Assembly (NCBI GenBank): GCA_964236955.1
Contig: CAXSGP010000022.1
Span: 1-52,171, forward strand
Direction of reading: 5' to 3'
DNA: 52,171 nt
Origin: an uncultured Oligoflexus sp.
Lineage (GTDB): Bacteria; Bdellovibrionota_B; Oligoflexia; Oligoflexales; Oligoflexaceae
The position numbers were made by a program, and so were the translations under genes. The notes beneath the pieces are model-generated. The model was not told the DNA's origin. It made no database searches and was given only the letters and a program-made list of their open reading frames with translations. Shown here in pieces: positions 43,446 through 52,171 of the stretch (position 1 is the stretch's first letter; every line of letters begins with the position of its first letter).

Positions 43446-45086
43446 TCAAACAGCTAACTGCAGGCTAAATTCCTCATCGTTCTGAAACAGCGGCAATCTT
43501 GCTACAAAGGTCGTTGCAACTGCTTCGGTATCCAGACTGAGGCTTCCTCCGAAGGTTTCAAAGATTCCGAATGCCATACTTAGACCCAAGCTATGCGAGC
43601 CCAGGGCCTCACGAATGCGCGAGTGAAAGACTTTGGCCTTGATGCCCGTAGGAATCCCGGCTCCGCTATTACTGACTGCAAACTCTACCCAGGATGCGCC
43701 CTCAGACTCGACCCGCTTAAGCCGCACGGTAATGCGCCGCACGTCGGCAGTTTCCGTTGCTTCCAAAGCATTGTAGAGTAGGCCTAAAAACCCTTGGGCA
43801 AGAAAGCTGACCTGCCCTTGAAAGCAGAGATCCTCCTCAAAAGTTTCAATCTCGAGATCCACACCATTTCGCGTAATTTTTCCGCGACATATGTGCAGAC
43901 ATTCTCTTAGAAGCTCTCCCGCATTGACAAGTTTTCCCTCTTCGCTATCGCCATGGTGCCGGGAAAAACTCATGACCTCCTGAACCTTGACTGCAAGCTG
44001 AGAGGCGTGCTCTGCGAATACCCTGATGCGCTGGAGTCGAAACTTGGGCGATCTTGTTTCATTCATGATCTGCATACAGCCATTCTCGATCTCCTTTAAG
44101 TAGGAGGTGATGCTGTTGGCGATATCCTTGGACATTTCCTCCAGTGCCTTGATTTTGAGCCCATCCCTAATCTCATCCTGACGATGAATGTTCGCTTCCT
44201 GCTGAAGCTGGGCCTGCAGGGTATTGCAGTCGGTCTGCAGCATGCGAATGGCTTGATTTTGCTTTAAAACCCGCATTTCCGAGGTGTAGATCTCTTTCTT
44301 TAATTGAGCGAATTTGTGAGTGTTGAGTCGGGTCATCGATGATACCGATGAGGCCGCAATCGTTCCCATCATGATAAATTCGAGCAGGGCAAAAATCGGG
44401 TAGGCCTCAGTCGAGAGCAGCTTTAGCTCGGGCAGCCAAACTAAGGTAAAGCCCATGCAAATTACGATCACAAGCTGGTAAAACAGGGTCTTATTGCTTT
44501 CAGCGATAAACTGTTTGATACCGAGGATGAGCGCTGCGAGCACCACGATGATTTCGTAGATAAGCAAAAAAGCTTCGACCGGAAAAAAGAAGTTCAATAG
44601 TGAAGCCGATAAAACCCCACCAAGCAGGCCCGAGAAAATGCTGCCAATCTTTTGTTTGGACTCGGTGCTCTTCAATCGACTAAAAATTCCGACAGCGCTT
44701 AGCACCAATTGAATCCGTAAGAGGATAAGAAAATAATGCGCGACGTTTTCAGTGCGAGCCCTTATAAGGTCGGCATGGATAGCGATGCTAAGATTCACTC
44801 CCGCCAATAGAACGAAAAGAAAATGATTCCAGCGCAACGTTCGCTTTAGAATAAGCTTGTTCCAGAGGAGGAACGAGCCCACGAGCAGGACCATGCCCAA
44901 ATCCAGCCCATAACATACCCATTTGAAAAAGGGCGAATCAAAACCCCAAAACTGGAGCATAGTCATGAACGCGGACGACGGATTCACAATGGATATGGGC
45001 GTTATCTCGACCATCGCCTGGGCGCTCGGAACGCCATGAACCATGAAATAGTAAAGGCCGAGTGCCCAGATCAGTGAATTTTTCAT
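43446..45086 (-). CDS. Membrane sensor histidine-kinase-like protein, apparently degenerate
   Basis: About 7 TM helices, coiled coil, H-box-like ALEEMSKDIANSI, HATPase LLYNALEA, SNSGAGIP, LGLSMA and GGSL. Confidence 0.8.
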   Translation of the reverse strand: MKNSLIWALGLYYFMVHGVPSAQAMVEITPISIVNPSSAFMTMLQFWGFDSPFFKWVCYGLDLGMVLLVGSFLLWNKLILKRTLRWNHFLFVLLAGVNLSIAIHADLIRARTENVAHYFLILLRIQLVLSAVGIFSRLKSTESKQKIGSIFSGLLGGVLSASLLNFFFPVEAFLLIYEIIVVLAALILGIKQFIAESNKTLFYQLVIVICMGFTLVWLPELKLLSTEAYPIFALLEFIMMGTIAASSVSSMTRLNTHKFAQLKKEIYTSEMRVLKQNQAIRMLQTDCNTLQAQLQQEANIHRQDEIRDGLKIKALEEMSKDIANSITSYLKEIENGCMQIMNETRSPKFRLQRIRVFAEHASQLAVKVQEVMSFSRHHGDSEEGKLVNAGELLRECLHICRGKITRNGVDLEIETFEEDLCFQGQVSFLAQGFLGLLYNALEATETADVRRITVRLKRVESEGASWVEFAVSNSGAGIPTGIKAKVFHSRIREALGSHSLGLSMAFGIFETFGGSLSLDTEAVATTFVARLPLFQNDEEFSLQLAV

Positions 45087-45137
45087 ACGCTACCCCCCAG
45101 CTTTTAACTTCGGCGCGTTAGGTTATTTCCCTGAGTA

Positions 45138-45185
45138 AAAAAAAACCTTCGCCCTTGTCGCTTTCGCAAGGATAAAGGTTTTCTT
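45138..45185. terminator. Putative bidirectional terminator
   Basis: A-tract, AAAACCTT/CCTTG stem pairing with CAAGG/AAGGTTTT, T-rich tail; lies between sodC and the kinase-like gene. Confidence 0.45.
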
Positions 45186-45506
45186 GAGCCTATTGGTGCA
45201 TTTATCGATGGAGCGAAAAACCGGGAGCAACGCTATATTTTTGATTTTCCCAAGCTCTGGAAGTTTTCCCGGGGTTAAAGTAAAATTAAGTTTTTAAGGA
45301 TAGGACCGGAATATCCAGGTAAGGGCGAAATGGGGTTTACGATGCAATGGGCCCTCTTGGTGGAAAATAGAAACGGAGAAGAAAAAATCTATCAGGACGA
45401 GGAATCTCTCCCCGGCCCCGATCGACAGACAGCAACTTAAGGAAATTAAGGCAGCGGCAGCACACACGCGCCGGCGAAGACCCTCTTGAATAGCAGAGAA
45501 AAAGCT

Positions 45507-46163
45507 TTATTTCGACGCTAGCTCGATCACACCGCATGCAATGCGCTTGCCGGCGTCACCAGTCGGTTGGGTTTTCAGATCATCCGCTTTTTCATGGAGG
45601 ATAACAGCTTTACCAGCAAGATCGGCCCACGCATTAAAGCCTTTGGGATCTTTCACGATGATATTAAGGACGCCCGACCCGTCTTTTTTGATTTCAATGT
45701 TACCCAGGTCGCCCGCATGACGATCATCGGCAGTGGGGCCTGCATGCACGGCAGCTCCTGGATTAAAATGACCGCCTGCTGAAGCTGCATCGGTGGCCGA
45801 GCAATCGCCTTTTTCATGAATATGAAAACCATGGCTGCCAGGAGCCACACCACTTAGATTCGCAATGATTTTTATGCCATCCCTGTGTTTGGTAAAGGTC
45901 ACGGTTCCTGTCGCTTTCGAGCCACTCTTAGACTCGAGCTTGGCCTTGGCAAACTGCCGGCCGTGCTTTAGCTCTACCGCGGGCGCACCCGTTTTTGCGG
46001 CTGCAGGGTCGCCCTGGGGAGCAGTCTTCTCAACGGTTGAGGCGGCCGCCGCCGTGGGTGTCGTGGGCGTGACACGACCCGCTGTCACTACGGGATCAGT
46101 CTGAGCGAGACCTAAACTAGAAGGCAGAGCTAGCGCTATCATGAGACTCAAAAAAGTTTTCAT
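45507..46163 (-). CDS. sodC: Periplasmic Cu/Zn superoxide dismutase
   Basis: Signal peptide; HGFHIHEKGDC, GGHFNP, HAGDLGN, LHEKADD and GDAGKRIACGVI; start at ATG 46163 with GGAGGG RBS. Confidence 0.95.
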   Translation of the reverse strand: MKTFLSLMIALALPSSLGLAQTDPVVTAGRVTPTTPTAAAASTVEKTAPQGDPAAAKTGAPAVELKHGRQFAKAKLESKSGSKATGTVTFTKHRDGIKIIANLSGVAPGSHGFHIHEKGDCSATDAASAGGHFNPGAAVHAGPTADDRHAGDLGNIEIKKDGSGVLNIIVKDPKGFNAWADLAGKAVILHEKADDLKTQPTGDAGKRIACGVIELASK

Positions 46164-46374
46164 CGGAAATCCCTCCAACTGAATCGATAAAGCACCTTTT
46201 ATATACCTGAATTAACGGTCGAGGGAAAAGATTATTATCCAGCGTCTAAAGGTGGTTAGCAGACTGGGATACCGAAACAAAAAATGGAAGCTTAAGCGGG
46301 CTCAAGATTCCATCGACTTCGTTGCGCGAGACTTCTTTGGAGGCCTGGATTCCATCCAGTCCGAGGAAGGTCAA

Positions 46375-46626
46375 TTAATTAGCCTGAACGGCTTTCGGCG
46401 TTGCTTCGAAAGTCTGGGGAGACTTAGACTCCGTTTTGTCTTTGTCGGCCTGCGAGGTTTTTATTTCCCGGGCAGGCTCGGCAGCGGCGGCCGGTGCTTC
46501 GGCCGTTAGAGCTGCTGGTTTACCGGCAAAAAGGTCTTTAGCTTCCACCCATAGCGCCTGATCAGCCTGCGTCATACAAGATGTAAAGACTAAACCTGCG
46601 ATAAGAGCGAGTGTTAGGCGTATCAT
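46375..46626 (-). CDS. Small lipoprotein
   Basis: GAGGAG RBS; lipobox FTS-C; Ala/Lys/Pro-rich tail. Confidence 0.65.
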   Translation of the reverse strand: MIRLTLALIAGLVFTSCMTQADQALWVEAKDLFAGKPAALTAEAPAAAAEPAREIKTSQADKDKTESKSPQTFEATPKAVQAN

Positions 46627-46663
46627 GGCGGAGCTCCTCTGTAATTTATGGATACCTTATCGA

Positions 46664-46679
46664 AGCATGGACTATGCCA
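46664..46679 (-). promoter_or_regulatory. Putative sigma-54 -24/-12 promoter
   Basis: Minus strand TGGCAT-AGTCC-ATGCT (GG-N10-GC), ~40 bp upstream of ATG 46626. Confidence 0.4.
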
Positions 46680-47005
46680 AATCTTAACAATTAACAATGT
46701 CACGAGCATACGGTGTACAAACGATCTTTGGTTGCGCCTAAAGTTTAGGCAGTACCGATCAGGTTGTTCGTCGCCTAAGGAGAATTTTGCTGAAACATAG
46801 CATGCGAATCCTTTTTCAAAAAGGGTTCCCGGCTATTCGTTAAAGTACCAATTTTCCATTTGTTTCCGCATGGTTTTGAATCTTGTGCAGACTTACCTGA
46901 TTGCTACCAAGCCCATCTCCTGAATACTTCAAATATGAATGAATGAAGTGGAATGTAAGAATATTCTACACGATCGATTTGGCGCTTTAATAAGATCTGT
47001 AGATT

Positions 47006-50000
47006 TTATAGACTGTTCAGCAATTCAAGTTCTGCAATTTGAGTCGCGCTTCCGCCATCATTAGCCACAATATTCAAGCGAAGGGAATGGAATTCAGAAG
47101 GTCGTTCCACCTTGAAGACCCTCGTCTGTCTGCGCCAAGTCCAGTGCTGATCACTTTCCTTCGCCACGTCAACCCACAACTTGCCGTCCCTTGTGCCTTG
47201 AAGAATCCAAGCTCGCGGATCTCGTTCAGGATGGTCATCGGCGGAGGTGATCGTGTAATAATTTACGATTCCCTTCTCCTCAGGAGGCAATTCGTATTCC
47301 AAAGTTCCCACATTGGAGAAGACCAGCCATTTAGTAAGCGCATTATTATCGAAGGCCATGGCAGCGCTTTCATTTGGCCCATTTTCACCACTCGCGAGGA
47401 CCCTTCCCATCTCGGCAAGATCGTGCCAGGGTTTAGGTACGAGTCTGTTTGTAGTGAGGGAATGGGGCCTGTCGGCTTCCGCGCGCCCCCAGGACGAAGC
47501 TGCGGACTCTCCCATCTTTAAATCCAGTCGGCCCCCAGCCAGGATATCCGAATGACTGAGGTAGTTCTTGGAATAGACCTTGCCGTTGAGGCTTGCACTT
47601 TGGATGAATATATTCTGAGCATTGTTCTGAGGCGCGGAAATGACGAAATCCCTGCCATTTTCCAGGTGAATCGTGGCTTTGGTAAAGAGCGGGGAGCCCA
47701 GTGCATATTCCGAATGGCCGGGGGCCGCAGGATAAAATCCCAAAGCTCCAAAAATAAACCAGGCCGACATCGAACCATTGTCCTCATCCCCAACATAGCC
47801 GCCCCCATTCATCTGTCCCAAGGTGTATTGACCTGTCGCTTCATCCAGGACATGCCTGACTCGCATTGCCGCTCCGGAAGGCTGGCCCGCATAGTTGTAC
47901 ATGTAAAGCATGTGATGAACCGGTTGGTTGGCCTGTGCATATTGCCCAAGAGCCACGCTTTCCATCTCATACATGGCATGAGCCTTGCCACCATAGGAAC
48001 CCGGATTATTGATTGCCGGAGCATCCCAAACACTGTCAAGCCTATTGATAAACGCCTGATCGCCGCCGTAGAGGTTGATCATACCCTGCGGATCATGATT
48101 GGCTGAAGCCGCATAATGATAGGCATTACCCTGACTGTATTCATAGCCCCATTCGTTGGCTTGAAAAGCTTCATCGGTGGTTCGCCATTGGCCCTGGCTC
48201 GTCTTGCCGCGGAAATATTGAATGGAATTTGAAAAAACGTTGGCATAGCTTAGGGCCTTGTTTCGATAATACGCGGCCTCAATGGGTTTACCGAGAGTCT
48301 CAGCAAGTTGAGAGATACCAAAATCAGCAATGGTGTCCTCCAGATGCCAACCTATGGAATCACGCATAAAATCATCAGGAATATAGCCATAAAAGGGTGC
48401 CACCTGATTTTGCTTGCGACCCTTACTGCCTTCGGCGCTCCACACGCTGGAATTTTTGATCATGGATTCAAAAGCGCCGTCCACGTTAAAATTGCGAATT
48501 CCTTTCGCATACGCATCAGCAAAGATCAAATCCGTCTGGGTGCCAAGCATAACATCAAGATATCCAGGACCGCTCCAGCGGGGCGTCCAACCTCCGTCAC
48601 GGTAGGAATTCACATAGCCTTCGAGCATGTTTCCCGTTTGCGTGGGTTCAAGAAGCATCAGGAGAGGCCATTCTGAACGTGCCGTATCCCAGGTCCCGTT
48701 GTTTACGTAAGCATATCCTTCGCGAAGAGGCTGATCGTTGAGAAAGGGCGAGGCATAGATTTTTTTACCAGCCACGTTTTCCCAGCGACTGTTTGGGTAG
48801 AGATGAGTGCGATAAAGGTTGGAATAAAAAATCGTTTTTTGCGATTCCGTGGCCCCTTCAATCTCGATCCGACCCAAGGCCGCATTCCAGATCTTTGCCG
48901 CATCCTCCCGCACTTGGTCAAAGGATTTCCCACCTATTTCGGAGTCGAGATTGAACCGGGCTTGCTCGATGCTGATGAAAGACGTCGCGATATTAAGCTC
49001 AAGTGTCAAACCTGGAGCAAATCTCAACCAGGTCGCAGGATCGCTTGCACTCGGTGTTTTCCATTCAAGAGCCGCTTGGGAGAGGGTGCCGTAAAAATAC
49101 ATCACCCCCTTACCGTCCTGACTTTTTCCTTGGATCACAGATCCACCTTGATCGACCTCAAAAACACCTGATTTATCGGCAACTGTATCGATGAGGAGAT
49201 AGGGTTTAACCGAGGCCGGATATTGAATCCTCAGAGAAGCGGCATGGTCGCTCGGGCTCATCTCAACCTGAATTCCATTGTCGAGCCGGACGCTGTAGTA
49301 ATGGGCCCTTGCCACCTCATCGCTGTGGCTAAATCCTGTCGCCCGTAGGGCCGGATCAGTCTTGGCCTCCCCTATCATCGGCATAAACTGCAGCATGCTG
49401 TAGTCCTGAATTTGTGGACTCGGCTCATGACTAATCGAAAATGCCTCGATCTTGGTGTTATCCCATTCGTAGAGAAAATCGCTGCTATTGCCACGAGTGA
49501 CCGGAGTCCAAAAATTAAATCCAAAGGGCACGGCGACGGCGGGAAAGGTTTTACCTCGCGAGTAGTCCCCGTAAGGCGCATCAGGAGTAAAGCCATTGTT
49601 GCTGCCTCGCGTTGTGTTCACATACGCAGTCAAATCATAGGCGACTTGCCTGCATTCGGCCTCGAGACTGTCGATATTCGCGCGCGAATACACGCTCAGG
49701 GTCGCGAGAAAGGCTCCGGAGGTCTCCGGGCAGCTATCCACCCATCTTTCACCCTTGGCGTTGCCGCGAACCACAGATGAGGCTTTTGTTTCACTGGTCG
49801 GATCATTAAGGTTGGAGCAGATAAGGCCGAGGGCATTGATACTGTTTTCAGACGTACCGCTAAGTCCTGTGGCGGCTTGGCCATTAGGGCAGTCTATCGA
49901 AAATCGATCGCCATGACCGATGCCTAAGCTGGGAGTTATTTGCACATTGCCTTCAAAGGTGGCGGCAGGAGTCAACTTTCGGCAGTAGAGCCCGAGTTGA

Positions 50001-50260
50001 GCGAGCGAGCTATTAAATTCACCATAGAGCCCGACGATGACTTCGTCACCTCCCGAACAGCTCAGCTTGCTTGGCTTGCCATCCAGGCCACCGCGTAAAG
50101 ACAAGAGATTTTTTTCAACTTTCGTAAGGTCGCCGCTCTTAATCTCAAATTTTAATTTGGAGATCTTAATCGGATTGTCGCCACAGCCATTTAAAGCCAG
50201 AATTATAAACAGAAACCCAGGCGCTCGAAACGCTATGGACACAATCATTTGAAACGTCAT
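47006..50260 (-). CDS. GH92 alpha-mannosidase-family lipoprotein with an N-terminal beta-prism-like domain and a C-terminal F5/8 (CBM32-like) domain
   Basis: Lipobox LNG-C; FPAVAVPFGFNFWTP, FYSNLYR...YP, GTWDT.R, ANQP, GDEDNG.MSAW, GFYP and GSPLF motifs; AFD....TKW, YTITSA.D...RDP..W.LQG at the C-terminus. Confidence 0.92.
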   Translation of the reverse strand: MTFQMIVSIAFRAPGFLFIILALNGCGDNPIKISKLKFEIKSGDLTKVEKNLLSLRGGLDGKPSKLSCSGGDEVIVGLYGEFNSSLAQLGLYCRKLTPAATFEGNVQITPSLGIGHGDRFSIDCPNGQAATGLSGTSENSINALGLICSNLNDPTSETKASSVVRGNAKGERWVDSCPETSGAFLATLSVYSRANIDSLEAECRQVAYDLTAYVNTTRGSNNGFTPDAPYGDYSRGKTFPAVAVPFGFNFWTPVTRGNSSDFLYEWDNTKIEAFSISHEPSPQIQDYSMLQFMPMIGEAKTDPALRATGFSHSDEVARAHYYSVRLDNGIQVEMSPSDHAASLRIQYPASVKPYLLIDTVADKSGVFEVDQGGSVIQGKSQDGKGVMYFYGTLSQAALEWKTPSASDPATWLRFAPGLTLELNIATSFISIEQARFNLDSEIGGKSFDQVREDAAKIWNAALGRIEIEGATESQKTIFYSNLYRTHLYPNSRWENVAGKKIYASPFLNDQPLREGYAYVNNGTWDTARSEWPLLMLLEPTQTGNMLEGYVNSYRDGGWTPRWSGPGYLDVMLGTQTDLIFADAYAKGIRNFNVDGAFESMIKNSSVWSAEGSKGRKQNQVAPFYGYIPDDFMRDSIGWHLEDTIADFGISQLAETLGKPIEAAYYRNKALSYANVFSNSIQYFRGKTSQGQWRTTDEAFQANEWGYEYSQGNAYHYAASANHDPQGMINLYGGDQAFINRLDSVWDAPAINNPGSYGGKAHAMYEMESVALGQYAQANQPVHHMLYMYNYAGQPSGAAMRVRHVLDEATGQYTLGQMNGGGYVGDEDNGSMSAWFIFGALGFYPAAPGHSEYALGSPLFTKATIHLENGRDFVISAPQNNAQNIFIQSASLNGKVYSKNYLSHSDILAGGRLDLKMGESAASSWGRAEADRPHSLTTNRLVPKPWHDLAEMGRVLASGENGPNESAAMAFDNNALTKWLVFSNVGTLEYELPPEEKGIVNYYTITSADDHPERDPRAWILQGTRDGKLWVDVAKESDQHWTWRRQTRVFKVERPSEFHSLRLNIVANDGGSATQIAELELLNSL

Positions 50261-50449
50261 CGCTCATCTCCTTAAACTTTGGAGAAATTTACATCGAAAA
50301 GAAAGAGGACGACAAAGATGCTGAAAATTCCGGACTAAGGAACCGGTCCGAACGTCCTATACACTTTAGAATATTGTGGGAACTTGTCAAAATAAATCGC
50401 ATGATCATAGGTTATTTGGCAAAACACCAATAACTTCCCCGTGAGGGGA

Positions 50450-50984
50450 GAATGCCCGCATAGCTTTCCTACTTCTAGCAATAATTTTTCGTGATGCTTT
50501 GCGAGTCCTTCGGCCTCAGTGGTTTGTTTGGACTGAATCTGAATATTAACGTTTGCAGCTTGAACGCCGTCCGAAGGCTTTTGATCTCATCATCTTGAGC
50601 TGCGGTTTTTTCTTTTTGCGTGTGCGTTTCCGTTTCAAAACGCTACTTCTGAGCCTCCGTCCGTTCGCTCGGCTTCAGCCTTTTCGAGTCGCGCCTGCAT
50701 CCCATCCCTTAAGCTCTTTAGATCCTCCCCTGCCCTTGCCGAGGCGTTCGCCCGGATTTGGGCTGTAAGTCCATCGAGCACCCCGCTGAAATCCTCTGGC
50801 ACCGCTGACGCTGCCGAAACTGGTTCTTTGGAGCGTCTATCTTTCCATTCCCGAAGGATCGGCTGGATAGTGGTGAACGAACCGCCACTGAGGGCCTGGC
50901 GAACCGTTCAAGGGTCGGCTTTTGGCCCTTTGCCTTAAGTTCGCCCCAGATTTGGAAGGTGTTCGTACGATCAGCTGGGTTCAT
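50450..50984 (-). pseudogene. Frameshifted KfrA/TnpT-family DNA-binding protein remnant
   Basis: From ATG 50984: ...ELKAKGQKPTLE, then frameshift to VRQALSGGSFTTIQPILREWK (KfrA_N signature), followed by coiled-coil sequence broken by further shifts and a stop. 3' boundary approximate. Confidence 0.75.
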
Positions 50985-51144
50985 GAATGTTTTCCCCGTT
51001 GATTTTTTTTGAAAGCCGCATCGCAGGACCCGAACCGGGAATTGGGCCCGAAGAAGCAAGGCTTTCATAGACCAAAAAGTAGCCTGAGATTGCCTCTGAC
51101 AATTATGATTGACCCCAATGATCATAGGCACTACAAGGAGCATT

Positions 51145-52171
51145 ATGGTAGTAAGGAGCTCAGTTGTGCGACATAAGATAAAACTTTTAGCAGCCAAAAT
51201 GGCTTGCATCCTATTAATCTCGACACCTACGAGTCAAGCGGCTTCCCCCTCCGCTTTGGGTTATGATCGCCTTTTTCAAGAAGAATTCGCGGCAAGTCCC
51301 TGTGATTTGACAGAAGATGATGTTCTTCGGATGTTCCCGGAATTGGGAGCAGCCTATGCCGATGATATTTATAATGAATGTATATCTGAAAAAGTTAAAT
51401 CAGGGCAGCCGCGGACAGATTGCAATGACGGAGGTGAAATTGCGGCAAGATGGGCAACATCCCACAAACCCGCAGTCAATATTCCCTCTATTGAGAAACC
51501 ACAGCTAAACTTTGAGGCCAAAAAACGTTTCAATGAGTGGAAGAAAAAGCAGATTTGCATCGATATTCCTAAAGTAAAAGAAGTCGTATCGACCTTCCAT
51601 CAGGAAGCGGAAGAACTTTGTCGGAGCAAGGGACTTGCCGCCATTCCACCCTATACGATTTTTAAGGCGGCTAAAAACAACCCGGAAATTAGTGATGGAG
51701 CGGCCGGTCTTGATGAGGTCCCGCACTGGTCTGCCGAAAATAGAGAATCGTCCGCTATAGTCTATGGTTTTGAAGAGGGTGCGAAGGTAGCTAAGGCCAT
51801 GAAAGAAGAAGGGGCAGGGCCGACTGCTACCGAAAAAACAAAATCTGAAACAATGGGCTCGGGTAAAATTGTTGAGCCAGTTGCAACAGGGTCAAAAACT
51901 GAAATAACAAAAACGACGACATCTATTGATAATATAGATCATGCCTATATTGCCGCTATCAGAAATATTAAAACCGAACTGGCTTTGAAACGCCCTGAAC
52001 TGACGGGAAGTAAACCTGATTTTTCGTGCAAAGGCGATACATGCAAAGACCTCTCAAACGGCGAGCCGTTTCCAAAAAAAGACCTACAAAAGAAACTCGG
52101 CTGCGTAGGTAAGCCCTATACTTGTAGGCCCGATGTAAATTTTGATCCCAAAGATATTGAAGCTAACTGTA
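51145..52171 (+). CDS. Partial (3'-truncated) exported Cys-containing protein, not in the ORF track
   Basis: AAGGAG RBS then ATG 51145; frame open without a stop to the window end (MVVRSSVVRHKIKLLAAKMACILLISTPTSQAASP...CVGKPYTCRPDVNFDPKDIEANC). Confidence 0.8.
   Translation, partial: MVVRSSVVRHKIKLLAAKMACILLISTPTSQAASPSALGYDRLFQEEFAASPCDLTEDDVLRMFPELGAAYADDIYNECISEKVKSGQPRTDCNDGGEIAARWATSHKPAVNIPSIEKPQLNFEAKKRFNEWKKKQICIDIPKVKEVVSTFHQEAEELCRSKGLAAIPPYTIFKAAKNNPEISDGAAGLDEVPHWSAENRESSAIVYGFEEGAKVAKAMKEEGAGPTATEKTKSETMGSGKIVEPVATGSKTEITKTTTSIDNIDHAYIAAIRNIKTELALKRPELTGSKPDFSCKGDTCKDLSNGEPFPKKDLQKKLGCVGKPYTCRPDVNFDPKDIEANC

Noticed and set aside
51166..51193. GTGCGACATAA resembling a XerC/dif half-site near the KfrA relic
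   Set aside because: No XerD arm (TTATGTTAAAT) or mirrored arm follows, and it lies within the start of a plausible CDS.
50718..51209. 163-aa ORF as a real gene
   Set aside because: Only ~27 codons are KfrA-like; the rest is out-of-frame read-through and overlaps the start of the plus-strand gene at 51145.

Overview
A bacterial chromosomal window. The abundant lipoproteins, the TIGR03545/03546-like pair, a giant EcxA-like metalloprotease and sigma-28-type promoters suggest Oligoflexia/Bdellovibrionota, but this is inference only. Housekeeping genes include tcdA, a TatD nuclease, gloB, tesB, a CnoX/YbbN thioredoxin, ppa, kdpE and sodC. Two accessory systems stand out. (1) A five-gene minus-strand electron-transfer cluster (21981-29229): a His-containing membrane protein, a membrane-anchored ferredoxin fused to a circularly permuted thioredoxin-reductase-like flavoprotein, a tetraheme lipoprotein, a probable outer-membrane beta-barrel, and a 33-heme cytochrome built from 11 triheme repeats. 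This is a candidate conduit from NAD(P)H to the cell surface. (2) A non-colinear NRPS/PKS (9110-20032): the first adenylation domain has no carrier domain, and a PCP-KS-AT-ACP block lacking an A domain sits in a downstream protein fused to an atypical alpha/beta-hydrolase. Also present are a beta-barrel/metalloprotease/Pro-rich lipoprotein module, a GH92 whose catalytic acid Glu appears replaced by Gln, a histidine kinase lacking its phospho-accepting His, decayed ISL3 and KfrA remnants, and an ORF missing from the supplied track that runs off the right edge. I saw no rRNA, tRNA or CRISPR array. All family assignments come from reading motifs by eye, not from database searches.
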